A DNA stretch of 64,000 bases, from the NCBI GenBank assembly GCA_964016885.1, contig OZ024740.1, positions 154,504,001 to 154,568,000 of the forward strand, read 5' to 3'. The translations under genes and the position numbers were made by a program. Each line of letters begins with the position of its first letter. Positions within the stretch are counted from its first letter, which is position 1. Positions 12,801 to 24,000 of the stretch are shown here, piece after piece. Under the pieces are notes generated by a model that saw nothing but the letters and a program-made list of their open reading frames with translations, was not told the DNA's origin and made no database searches. The DNA comes from Eledone cirrhosa (taxonomy: Eukaryota).

Positions 12801-15058
12801 GTTGTAGTGGTGACTGTAGTGGTGGTTGTAGTGGTGACTGTAGTGGGGGTTGTAGTGCTGACTGTAGTGGGGGTTGTAGTGGTGACTGTAGTGGTGGTTG
12901 TAGTGGTGACTGTAGTGGTGGGTGTAGTGGTGACTGTAGTGGGGGTTGTAGTGCTGACTGTAGTGGTGGTTGTAGTGGTGACTGTAGTGGGGGTTGTAGT
13001 GGTGACTGTAGTGGTGGATGTAGTGGTGACTGTAGTGGGGGTTGTAGTGGCGACTGTAGTGGGGGTTGTAGTGGTGACTGTAGTGGGGGTTGTAGTGGTG
13101 ACTGTAGTGGGGGTTGTAGTGGTGACTGTAGTGGTGGGTGTAGTGGTGACTGTAGTGGGGGTTGTAGTGGTGACTGTAGTGGGGGTTGTAGTAGTGACTG
13201 TAGTGGGGGTTGTAGTGGTGGTTGTAGTGGGGGTTGTAGTGGTGACTGTAGTGGGGGTTGTAGTGGTGACTGTAGTGGTGGTTGTAGTGGTGACTGTAGT
13301 GGGGGTTGTAGTGGTGACTGTAGTAGGGGTTGTAGTGCTGACTGTAGTGGTGGTTGTAGTGGTGACTGTAGTGGGGGTTGTAGTGCTGACTGTAGTGGTG
13401 GTTGTAGTGGTGACTGTAGTGGTGGTTGTAGTGGTGACTGTAGTGGTGGTTGTAATGGTGACTGTAGTGGGGGTTGTAGTTGTGACTGTAGTGTGGGTTG
13501 TAGTGGTTAGTGTAGTGGGGGTTGTAGTGCTGACTGTAGTGGGGGTTGTAGTGGTGACTGTAGTGGTGGTTGTAGTGGTGACTGTAGTGGGGGTTGTAGT
13601 GCTGACTGTAGTGGTGGTTGTAGTGGTGACTGTAGTGGTGGTTGTAGTGCTGACTGTAGTGGGGGTTGTAGTGGTGACTGTAGTGGTGGTTGTAGTGCTG
13701 ACTGTAGTGGTGGTTGTAGTGCTGACTGTAGTGGGGCTTGTAGTGGTGACTGTAGTGGTGGTTGTAGTGCTGACTGTAGTGGGGGTTGTAGTGGTGACTG
13801 TAGTGGGGGTTGTAGTGGTGACTGTAGTGGTGGTTGTAGTGCTGACTGTAGTGGTGGTTGTAGTGGTGACTGTAGTGGGTGTTGTAGTGCTGACTGTAGT
13901 GGGGGTTGTAGTGCTGACTGTAGTGGGGGTTGTAGTGGTGACTGTAGTGGTGGTTGTAGTGGTGACTGTAGTGGGGGTTGTAGTGCTGACTGTAGTGGGG
14001 GTTGTAGTGGTGACTGTAGTGGGGGTTGTAGTGGTGACTGTAGTGGTGGTTGTAGTGATGACTGTAGTGGTGGTTGTAGTGGTGACTGTCGTGTGGGTTG
14101 TAGTGCTGACTGTAGTGGGGGTTGTAGTGGTGACTGTAGTGGGGGTTGTAGTGGTGACTGTAGTGGTGGTTGTAGTGGTGACTGTAGTGGGGGTTGTAGT
14201 GCTGACTGTAGTGGGGGTTGTAGTGGTGACTGTAGTGGGGGTTGTAGTGGTGACTGTAGTGGGGGTTGTAGTGCTGACTGTAGTGGGGGTTGTAGTGGTG
14301 ACTGTAGTGGGGGTTGTAGTGGTGACTGTAGTGGTTGTTGTAGTGGTGACTGTAGTGGTGGTTGTAGTGCTGACTGTAGTGGGGGTTGTAGTGGTGACTG
14401 TAGTGGGGGTTGTAGTGGTGACTGTAGTGGGGGTTGTAGTGGTGACTGTAGTGGGGGTTGTAGTGCTGACTGTAGTGGGGGTTGTAGTGGTGACTGTAGT
14501 GGGGGTTGTAGTGCTGACTGTAGTGGTGGTTGTAGTGGTGACTGTAGTGGTGGTTGTAGTGCTGACTGTAGTGGGGGTTGTAGTGCTGACTGTAGTGGTG
14601 GTTGTAGTGGTGACTGTAGTGGGGGTTGTAGTGGTGACTGTAGTGGTGGTTGTAGTGATGACTGTAGTGGTGGTTGTAGTGGTGACTGTAGTGGTGGTTT
14701 TAGTGATGACTGTAGTGGTGGTTGTAGTGGTGACTGTCGTGTGGGTTGTAGTGCTGACTGTAGTGGGGGTTGTAGTGGTGACTGTAGTGGGGCTCGTAGT
14801 GGTGACTGTAGTGGGGGTTGTAGTGGTGACTGTAGTGGTGGTTGCAGTGGTGTTTGTAGTGGTTGCTGTGGTAGTTGTTGCAGTAATTGATGTAATGGTA
14901 GGTGTAGTGATAGATGCAATTGTGGTTGTATTGGTAGATGTAGCTGTGGTTGAAGTGGTAGTTGTAGGAGTGACTGTATTGGTGGTTTTAGTGTTAGATG
15001 TAGGGAAGTGATGGATGTAATGGTTGTACAAAGCTCCAGCAAAGCTTGGTACCACCAC
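820..15058 (-). CDS. Putative mucin-like Thr/Pro/Ser-rich giant exon, (TTTTPTTV/STTTPTTV)n, frameshifted as assembled
   Basis: Unit is exactly 8 codons. Common variants give only T, S or P. The non-repetitive flank (PTSNTKTTNTVTPTTTTSTTATSTNTTTIAS) is Thr-rich in the same frame. 1-bp indels at ~2061, ~3500, ~8122, ~10325 and ~12583 break the frame. No signal peptide or other exons identified. Confidence 0.5.
1441..14845. repeat. 24-bp tandem array (TGTAGTGGTGACTGTAGTGGGGGT consensus; a dimer of related 12-mers), ~560 units
   Basis: Directly visible periodicity. Two main variable positions (GGT/GCT and GGG/GTG). Degenerate GTA/GTG-rich flanks at ~820-1440 and 14846-15010. Confidence 0.98.
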
Positions 15059-15158
15059 CTTTCTCAGACTAGATGTCTATATATAGTAAGCTCTGTTTCA
15101 AACAACTCATTAAGCAACTTGGTAATCTCTGCTGAATACATATGGTTTATCTATAAAT

Positions 15159-15272
15159 CGGTGGCGTAGCTAAAGGTTGCAGCGCTCCACGAAAAACACA
15201 ATACAATTGACCAAAAGTGCCACTCTCCAAAAATGCTGTCTGGGCAGATCACTCCCTCAACCTACGCTACTA
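15159..15272. mobile_element. Possible short hAT-like MITE relic
   Basis: Imperfect TIRs CGGTGGCGTAGCT ... ACCTACGCTACTA; TSD unclear. Confidence 0.3.
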
Positions 15273-16314
15273 TATAAGTTATATAGTGTATATATATATA
15301 TAAGTTACTGGCATATACAATTACATATACATGGTGTGTATATTTAATTACCAGTAATAGTGGTGAATACAATAGCTAGAACTTAAAATACTAAGCCTGT
15401 GGCAACAGGCCCACCCGCTCTTTCTTTTTCCTGACCTGCGTAGTGCTGAAATGTTGCCGTTAGCACCGTGTCAACCTTGGTCGAGCAAACCTGTAGTCAA
15501 AGGTCCTCTAGCCGTGATCAACTTTGCCTTTCATCCTTTCGAGGTTAATAAAAAATGTACCAGTCTCGTACTGGGGTTTCATTTTCTATCCTTTGAAAGA
15601 GATCTGCTATATTCAGACATGGAGAGGAGATATGCTCCGCCAGGTGTAAAATGGCCAAGAAATGCCGTATGCCACTACGGCACCCTAAGACTCCATCATA
15701 AGTTAAGAGTCCAATAATACATATAGTATAGTTTTTCGTTTTACAAGTATATATATTTATGTTAATGTAGGATGCGAAAATGTCTTTATACAAAACTCGT
15801 AATCTTTTACAAAACTTTAAAATGTTTCCATTCTTTGACAATTTCACTAAAAGTAATCAATGATGTCAGTGCCTCAATCTTCATTAAAGAAAATAAAAAT
15901 GATTCACCCTACAGTAACGACGAAATGGCGAAATTAAAGTTGGCAAAATCGAATTTGAGTCTGAGGATGACGAAATTAAAGTTGATGACAAAGTTGAAAT
16001 TGAAGAAGACGAATTTGAGATTATTACTGATGAGGTATGCATCGACGATGATAAAATTGACATTGATAATGATGAATTTAAGAAGGAATCCTGTAATTTA
16101 CAAGCAAGTTGCATGAAAACAATAATTAATTGAAATTACCCTGAAGAAAGAAAACATATACCTAGTGGCAGTTGTTAGCAACTCTCAAGGAGAGAGGGAT
16201 ATAGCTTCAGGAAATTGAGAATTATTCCACGTGCTTCAGAGAAGAAAAGTCTAGTCATTACAAACACACTGTGTGGGGAAGAACAAAGGAGGAACACAAA
16301 ATAACAACAAACGT

Positions 16315-16801
16315 AGTTACTGGGGAGGTCACAGAATGTGTGACGAAAGAGCTTTGATGACAATCAACAACTACACAACCATCCCGTTATTAAACTAAAT
16401 GACTGAGGGTTTATAATAAATTGAAGTGAAAACCAACAGGTGCGTGTGTTTTTATTGGTAGCATGTCTAGGGCGGGTAAAATTCCCGAGATCCATGGGCG
16501 AGTTCTCTTCAGCGGTCTCTGTCCCCCATTATCGCTGCCATGTCCTGCGTCTCCAACAGACTAGTGTCTGTCCTTAGGGCATCAACATACGTTAACCTTA
16601 GTCTTCCTCTTCCAGTGTGTCCATGTAGGGGCTCCCTCAGGAGCACCGAGTGCAATGTCAACTCTGGATGTCGGTGGGCATGTCCAGCTAACCTCAGTCT
16701 CCTCTGTGTCACTTTTGAGCTGACTTTTGGGAGGCTCCCATACAGTTCTGCGTTTTTCATCCTCAGTGTATGACCTTCCCAAAGTATAACTATATCTGTT
16801 T

Positions 16802-16805
<4 letters not shown>
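16315..16805 (+). mobile_element. Solo Penelope-like pLTR relic with degenerate hammerhead, interrupted by an RTE fragment
   Basis: CTGGGGA-GGTCACAGAATGTGTGAC-GAAAGAGCTT matches the 20682-20726 hammerhead but with a mutated core. GTGCGTGTGTTTTTATTGGTAGCATG (16440-16466) and ATGACCTTCCCAAAGTATAAC (16770-) match the PLE ORF start on either side of the insert. Confidence 0.75.
16467..16770 (-). mobile_element. RTE-clade LINE 3' fragment
   Basis: Translation NAELYGSLPKVSSKVTQRRLRLAGHAHRHPE...GRGRLRLTYVD is the typical RTE C-terminal region. Confidence 0.85.
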
Positions 16806-16842
<37 letters not shown>

Positions 16843-17869
16843 TGTATGTGTGTGTCTGTGTGTGTGCATAGCAAAAAAACCCTTACCATTCCTGGTCATC
16901 AGCAAACCTCGTATATCCAACTTTCTTCGTCCCTGTCCATTTGTTGATGTTGTTCAACCACGCCCATTGTCGTCCGTCTTCCTATTTCTCTTTTACCGGA
17001 AGTTTGTCCATGCAAGACCATATTCGCCGTAGGTAGGGTCTCATGGTGTCAATTGACAGAAGAGATTTGTAGTTCGCAGTTATGCCAATAACTTTCTTCC
17101 TAGTTGTCGTTAGCTCATTATTTTGTAAAGCACATTAATAGAGTTAAATGTAGTTTGTCTAACGCTCTACACATTCTGCTGTACTCATTTTAATTCATAT
17201 TAATCTACGCAAGTAGATTTGAATTTGGCACCCTAAACTGACAGAGCATTCGTTTTTTGTTTCGTTTTGTTTAGTATAGAAATGATCACCTGATTGATTG
17301 GTATGATGTCACTAACCAACTTTTGACCCACAAATGTGCTGTGTCTCTTCTTTATTAGAGTGGCCACTATTCTCCTGTATCTTTTGGTCTCGTACATCTG
17401 TTTCTCCTTTTCTCGTTTCCTATGTTATGTACACCCTCAACCCTTCCTGGCGCTGCATTGACCACTATGTCCGGTCATTCCTTCACAGAACGTCAATGAT
17501 CAGGAGTGGCAAAGCCGACTGGACGTATCAGATGTCACTTGGGCTTATTCCATCCAGTGCTGTGTTATGTCTATTTCAATAATACCTAACTTTCACTGAT
17601 CTAATCCATTAAAACTCTAAGCAAGTACCGTAGAGTGTTTTCAACCACTGCAGTTAGAAGTTCTGTGGGAATAGTGTGTGATTGATTGTCGTGTAGTGCC
17701 AAGCTCAGTTCCTCATACGGTGTAAAGCTATATGTTATAGAACATCACAAACAACAACTGACCTTCATAAAGAATAAATAAGTCATTCAATAGTCAGGCA
17801 GCAACCATTATGCATGCATGCATACATACGCTCGACTGCGCTGTAAGCAGCGCGTTGAGCCGGTGCTTA

Positions 17870-18060
17870 TCCCGGTTTCGTGCGACTGAAAGTACAAGAC
17901 TTCTCCCTGGACAGGACGCCAGTATACTCAGCTAGGTATACTGGAGCAATGTGAAATGATGTGTTTTGCTCAAGAACACAACGCGCAACCCACTCCTGGA
18001 ATCGAACCAACATTATGATTGTTGATTGTAAGACCAACACCTTTACTACTAGGCTTTCAA
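17870..18060 (-). mobile_element. tRNA-derived SINE
   Basis: Minus-strand TAGTAGTAAAGGTGTTGGTCTTACAATC...GGTTCGATTCCAGG and TTCACATTGCTCCAGTATAC; similar to the 293-560 copy. Confidence 0.55.
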
Positions 18061-18317
18061 CAGTAACCATCAGCAGAGATCAATAACTTCAGTAATTATT
18101 CCTATTCGATGGATCCTCAGTATCGAATCTGTAATTTATTTATCAACATCGAAAGTATGAAAAGCAAAGTTGAACTCAAGCGAGATTTGAACTTAATGAT
18201 CCGATTTTAATATAAAGTAACAAATATTATAGTAGGTGGTAGGAAATTAAGTTGTCGGTGATTTATGACTTGTCTTGAAGATGTAAAAAATAACAGAAAC
18301 AACTAATAATTGGTGAG

Positions 18318-18407
18318 TGTTAGAAGTGGAATTCGGAGCCATGCCGGGTAATTCTGAACAGCGACCTGACCTGAACGCAGCGGCTTACACTGATTGGCCA
18401 TGTTCAC
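18318..18407 (-). pseudogene. tRNA-Leu(CAG) pseudogene
   Basis: Colinear with the 36637-36720 tRNA but with many substitutions and a duplicated GACCT in the anticodon arm. Confidence 0.75.
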
Positions 18408-18501
18408 TGTTACAACACTTGACCTTCTTTACCTACTGTCAACAATATATCAAAATATATAAATATCAAATACTTATTTAGATAGATTAATATTGCCGTA
18501 G

Positions 18502-18533
18502 CTAGTAGTAGTAGTAGTGGTGGTGGTGGTATC

Positions 18534-18566
<33 letters not shown>

Positions 18567-18623
18567 GATATCAGTAGTAGTAGTAGTGGTGGTATCAGTA
18601 GTAGTAGTAGTAGTGGTGGTATC

Positions 18624-18659
<36 letters not shown>

Positions 18660-18715
18660 GGTATCAGTATTAGTAGAAGTAGTAGTAGTAGCACCAGCAC
18701 CACCAGCAGCAGCAG
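18502..18715. repeat. Compound (GTA)n/(GGT)n trinucleotide repeat with recurring ATCA spacer
   Basis: Direct reading. Confidence 0.9.
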
Positions 18716-19061
18716 GAGGAATATATAAATAAATCTCCGGTGATATCGACGATGAGTGTTCAGTGGTTTAATCAGCTGAACTACTTGCTCATTAACTTAA
18801 AGTGTAAGTGGCTGAGTGTTCCACAGATATGTGTACTCGAAACGTAAGTCGAATCAGCGTGACAGATACCGACAAACAGACAGGCTTTCGAACAGTTTCC
18901 GTCTACCCAGTTGCACTCACAAGGCTTGCATCACTGGTAGCTATGGTGTAAGTCACTTTTCTCCAAGATCACGCGCAACGGGATCGAACCCCAGACTTTA
19001 TGATTGCGAGGTGAACCTCTTAAACAATTAGATATGCTGCGTCTACAGGAAAAAAACAATC

Positions 19062-19683
19062 ATTATTTAGTGAGATTGGCAGTATCGGTAGAGGGTCGGA
19101 CACCATGCTTTGCAGCATAGAGTTACGGCCCTTGTCATTCTGAGTTCAAATCCAGCCGAGGTTAACTTTGCTTTTCATCCTTATGGGGTCGATAAAATAA
19201 AGTACCAGTAATGTACTGGGTTATTGCTGGCCTTGTGCCAAAAGTAGAAACAATTATTTAGTGAGGGTGGTGGATTGGCAGAATCCGTAGAGCGCCAGAC
19301 AACATGCTTAATGACATAGAGTTACAGCCCTTTACGTTCTGATTTCTAATCCTGCCGAGGTTAGCTTTGCCTTTCATCCTTGCGGAGTCGATAAAATAAA
19401 GCACCAGTAATTGCAGGCCTTGTACCAAAGGTAGAAACAATTATTTAGTGTGTGAGAGGGCGGTGGATTGGCAGAGTCGTCAGACCGTCAGACAACATGC
19501 TTTGTAGCATAGAGTTATATCCCTTTACGTGTTGAGTTCAAATCCCGCCGGGTTTAACTTTACCTTTCATCCTTACGGGGTTGATAAAATAAAGTACCAG
19601 TCACGCACTGGGGTTGATTTAATCAACTTTCCCCTCCCCAAATTTGCTGGTCTTGTGCCTAAATCAGAAACCATTATTTAGTG
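19062..19683 (+). mobile_element. Three tandem copies of the dominant tRNA-derived SINE
   Basis: Each has A box TGGCAG..TCGG, B box GAGTTCAAATCC, core TTTGCCTTTCATCCTTACGGGGTCGATAAAATAAAGTACCAG (resembles the Meta-SINE central domain) and tail GGCCTTGTGCCAAAAGTAGAAACAATTATT. Confidence 0.9.
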
Positions 19684-20393
19684 CGTGTGCTTTTCTTTGT
19701 TCACTCAATACACAGCGTTCACATTGAACAGTAAACCATACTTCCCCATTGTTCAACCAGATACTTATAACAAAATGATAGAGAGGAGGAGAAGGGAAGA
19801 GAGAAGGGGTGAGTCGATGCGAAAGTGTGGTAGGAACACAGATCGAACAAAACAGGTAGAGAGGGGTCACAGCAGTAAATACAAAATGATAAGAAACGAA
19901 AGGAACTGTGTGGTTACTAAAAACAAGGTTTAGGATGGTGGTTTGGACGGAACAAGAGGAGAAAAGAAGTAAGAATCCTTCGTCAGCTGTAATTGGCGAT
20001 CCAGATGTTTCGGCGCTTATTTACAGGACATCTGTAGCGATCCGCGGTGCGCCCGGGGCTTTTTCTTAATCAAAAGGCCAGGAGGAAAAGAAGAGAAAAA
20101 GGAGAGAAAAGGGAAGGAAAAAGAAGGAAATTGGAAGAAGAACAAAGGGGGAAAGGTGGTGAGGAGAGAAGAAGAAAGCGAAAAAGAAAAAAAGGAGAAA
20201 AAACTGGTGAACAGATCCCATCGTGGGGAGACACAGGATAAAGGAACAAATATATATGGATGGATGTAAGTATGTATGTATTATGTATATATGTATGTGA
20301 AAAGTAAACAGAAATAACCAAAATAACAAAACAAACGGCACAATACATGAAAGAAATGTATTAGTTTAACGCTTGAAATGGCAGGAAGAGATT

Positions 20394-20426
20394 CTTAACG
20401 TTTCGGACACTAGTCCTTCATCAGAG
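20394..20426 (-). ncRNA. Minimal type I hammerhead-like motif of a different PLE-derived repeat
   Basis: Minus strand CT-CTGATGA-A-GGAC-TAGT-GTCC-GAAA-CGTTA-AG; stem I is only ~2 bp. Confidence 0.55.
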
Positions 20427-20681
20427 TTAGAAATAGAAGATAAATGGAAAGTAGAGGGTGATAAGGGGAAGGAATGGGGAAAATGCGTATTCAATCGGCC
20501 ATATATATATATATATATATATATATTGTTATACTTTGGGAGGGTCATGTTGCCAATAAGAAACACACGCACCAGTTGCTTTCACTTCAATTTAATTTAT
20601 TAAATATTTATAAATTTACAAATTTATAAATTTCTGGTTGGTTGGTTGGTTCCACAACCAGATAGTTGTTTATATATATAT

Positions 20682-20726
20682 AGTCATAGTTCTTTCGTCA
20701 CACACTCTGTGACCTCTTCAGTGACT
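20682..20726 (-). ncRNA. Minimal type I hammerhead ribozyme in the PLE pseudo-LTR
   Basis: Minus strand AGTCA-CTGAAGA-G-GTCACA(GAGTG)TGTGAC-GAAA-GAAC-TA-TGACT: 5-bp stem I, intact core, 6-bp stem II, tiny quasi-palindromic stem III, predicted cleavage after CUA. Confidence 0.85.
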
Positions 20727-21014
20727 GGGGATTTCTTTCTTCGTTTCTGTGCCTTTCCTTTCTTCTATCCTACGCCATTTTGTTTGTGTGTGGGTTGCGT
20801 GCTCAGTTTGCGCATGCGCCACATCCGGGTGTCTGTGTGTGTTTGTGTTCATTTTTCTATTTTTCTATTTATATTTTTTTTTTTTATTTGTTTGTTTATT
20901 TATTTATTTATTGTTGGTTGGTTGTTTGTTCTATGTGTGTGTGTGTTTTCATTTTGTGTGTGTTTTCAATTGTAAGTTGTTTGTTCGATGTGTGTGTGTG
21001 TTTTCATTTTGTCC

Positions 21015-24000
21015 TTAATTGTAAGTTGTGATGTTGCTGTTCCACTCATATTTTCTATTTAATTTTGGTTTTAATTCTTTTATGCTTACTGCCTCTGTAA
21101 TTTGCCTAAACATTGCGTCTTTCTTGTGTGTGGATTCTATTTTTATTTCTATGCTCTCTAATTTACCCCTGTGTTCTATCTTAGCATGTTGGTAGAGCAC
21201 AGATGATTCTTTATTATCTTGGAGGTCTCGCCAGTGTTCATTTATTCGTTCCCCTATACTACGAGCTGTCTCACCTATGTACACTACATTTTTGTTTCTA
21301 CATTGTCCTTCAGTACATCTTATGCTATATACTACATTTCTAGTTTTACAGTTAATATGGGGGCTTATTTTACAGGTTATACATTTCTTATCTATACATG
21401 AGGGTCTTTGGAACGGGTATGTCTTGCTAATAAGTGTTTTTACGGAGGTACCAGGTCTTTCTACTATCTTAATATTGAGATTATGTTTCTTTAGGGCCCT
21501 TCTAAATTTGTAGGCTAGTTCGCCTCTAGGGGTTGTATTGATGAACATTACACTCTGGTATTTATTGCTATCATACCATGAGTTTATTCTATTGGCCTTG
21601 TTCTTAGTTCTTTCTATTCTATTCCAAAATTTGCTCCTATACAAGGGGCAGGTCCCATTTATGTCATTATTTACCATTTTTTCCCATTTGGTTCTGGCTC
21701 CTTTATACACTCTGATTCTATCTCTCTGATTGTAGCCAGAGAACTGCATACGGTGGATGAAGTGTTGTATGTGTCTCTCTAGTTCTTCGGGGTTGCACAT
21801 GCGGGACACATTTCTCATCACCCGTACCAAATCCGCAATCAGTATGTTGATTTTGGTATGGTCCGAAATGGCCGAGTTTCGGTGGATCAGATGTTTGGAA
21901 GTCATGGGTTTGGCATAATGGGAATGGAGGATTTGTTTTTGGTTGTTAATAGTATCTAACCAGAGCTCTGTGTCTAGTACAGGTAATCGATGGTTGGGGT
22001 GTCTACTTGGGTAGTCTATAGTAACTCTAATGCTCTGGTGGATGGAGTTTGCTATTTGCTGGATGCTTTCCATTGTGTTTTTCTCTAGTTCCTGACTGTT
22101 CTTTAGTGGGGGTGTCTTAACTACGATGTTTATATCATCTACGTAGCGGGAGTACATTATCAGGGTTAAGCTGTCTTCTAATTGTTCATTAAGTTTTTGT
22201 TTAAGTCTACTGTCCCACCATACCATGAATAAGTTAGCTATGTCGCCTGCAATGCTAACACCAATGGCTGCTCCTTCCTCTTGGGCATATGTTTTACCAT
22301 TAAATTTGAACATATGTTCCTTAAGGGTTAGTTTTATGCTGGCCCCTACCGCATGTGCAATCATTTTCTTCAGTTCATCATGGTTTTCGGGTGTCCGTAT
22401 GGCTCTGGTCCACCCGTTCCATCTATCTGTGTGGGTTTTCTTGGCCATTGAGGTAATGGTAGGTGGTCTGCCTCTTGCTGGTCTTGTAGGGCACAGGTTG
22501 CTAAGGTCATAAGTGTCTAGGTAACTATTACTATGGGTAAGCTTAAGTAGAAGTCCCAGCTCACTGGTATCAATCCCACGGAACTCAACCTTGCTCTCGC
22601 TGATCATTTCGACGCATTTCTCCACAGCAAAATCCACGTCAATAGATGGATACAGGGACACAACATCCATACTGCCTATTATGCAGTTTGTTAGGTCCCC
22701 AGATCGGTTACCCGCGCCGATTCTGCTGAGGAGGTCCTCCGTGCTGTCACACACATCTGGGGACATCTCAATGATGGGGCGTATGATCAGGGAGAGGAAG
22801 TAGGACAGTCTGTAGTTACTAGCAATGTTAGCCCCACAGACTGGCCGTGTTGGTGGTCCCGCGACAGGGTCCCAGCCTGTTTTATGGTCTTTACGAAGCC
22901 CATACAACGCCGGCACGTCATTGTTCCAGGCCTGGAAGTTGTTGGCAGTCCTTTTGTTGGGCTGCATTATATTTGTCCACATCACCATATGGGCATTGAG
23001 GGTTTTTTCTCTATCCTCATGCTCCTGTGGTGTTACCTCTCTTGTGTTAGTGATGTGGGGTTGCATTGCCTGGATGTAGTTTGGCAGGCTGTCAACCGAC
23101 ATTCTGCCAGACTTGTCTGTTGGAAAGCATGCTATCTCTCCATTACGCGAGCGCTGCATGAGCTTACGCAAGCCATTTGCAGATTCTTCTCCCAGTTGCT
23201 GGGCCTCTATTCTATTATGCTTCTTGCTATACTCTTCTATAATATTTCTAAGTTCGGATTTAGCTATACTAAATTGTGCCTCTGTTTGTTCATCGACCTG
23301 CGACGGCAACTGCGTGCGTTTGTTAAATGGCAAAGTCGTGGCGTGGACTCGTCGTAGGTCGAATGATTTATCGGAGGGGTTATAAAACGGAGAGTTCCAG
23401 GCTGCTGCTTTATGTGTACTAGTGCTATTGTTATTGTTAGTTGTGTTGTTTCTATTTCCACCAACAGCAGCAGCCTCAGCTTCATGGTTGTTTCTATGTC
23501 TCTCATAATTACTCCTGTCTCTTTCCACTGGCTCAATGTTGTTATCTACCCTATTTTGTGTGTCTGTGTGTTCGTCTTGGTTATTCTCTTTGTCCTTAGT
23601 CTCCCTTCTCCTTTTAATCCTATTACTTTCTCTTATTTCTCTGATTTCTGTGCTACTGTCATTACTTGTTTTCTGTGTCTGTGTGTTTGTTAAGATCGTG
23701 GTGAGAGGCATTGAATGCGTGTGTGTTGTTGTTGTTGATGTGTGTTGTTGTTGATGTGTGTTGTTGTTGTTGTCTCCGTGTGTGTGTGTGTTATCGTTGT
23801 TGTGTGTGTTGTTATTGTTGTTTGTGTTTGCGTGTCTGTTGTTGTTGTATCTGGGTATGTTGCTATTGTTGTTGTTGTTGATGTGTGTGTTGTTGTTATT
23901 ATTGTCTCCGTGTGTGTTGTTATTGTTGTTTGTGTCTGCGTGTCTGTTGTATCTGGGTATGTTGCTATTGTTGTTGTTGTATCTGGGTATGTTGCTATTG

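Noticed and set aside
1441-14845. CRISPR array
   Set aside because: Contiguous tandem units with no unique spacers, no cas genes, eukaryotic context. The same applies to the 45-bp minisatellite.
834-15011. Huge plus-strand ORFs (poly-Val and CSGGCSGD, up to 3620 aa) as metallothionein- or keratin-associated-like genes
   Set aside because: They are antisense or alternative readings of the 24-bp array, start at non-ATG codons and switch composition at the 1-bp indels. Poly-Val is implausible and the Cys frame has a stop at ~13508.
19062-19683. SINE heads as tRNA genes
   Set aside because: A and B boxes are present but there is no cloverleaf, and they continue into the SINE core and tail.
19972-20015. 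Permuted hammerhead on the minus strand (CCGAAACATC...CAGCTGACGAAGG)
   Set aside because: Both half-motifs are present but stem I and the UH cleavage triplet cannot be paired convincingly.
22225-23693. Plus-strand ORFs overlapping the PLE (and minus-strand ORFs over the L1 at 48926-53820)
   Set aside because: Antisense shadows of the retroelement ORFs with no recognisable motifs.
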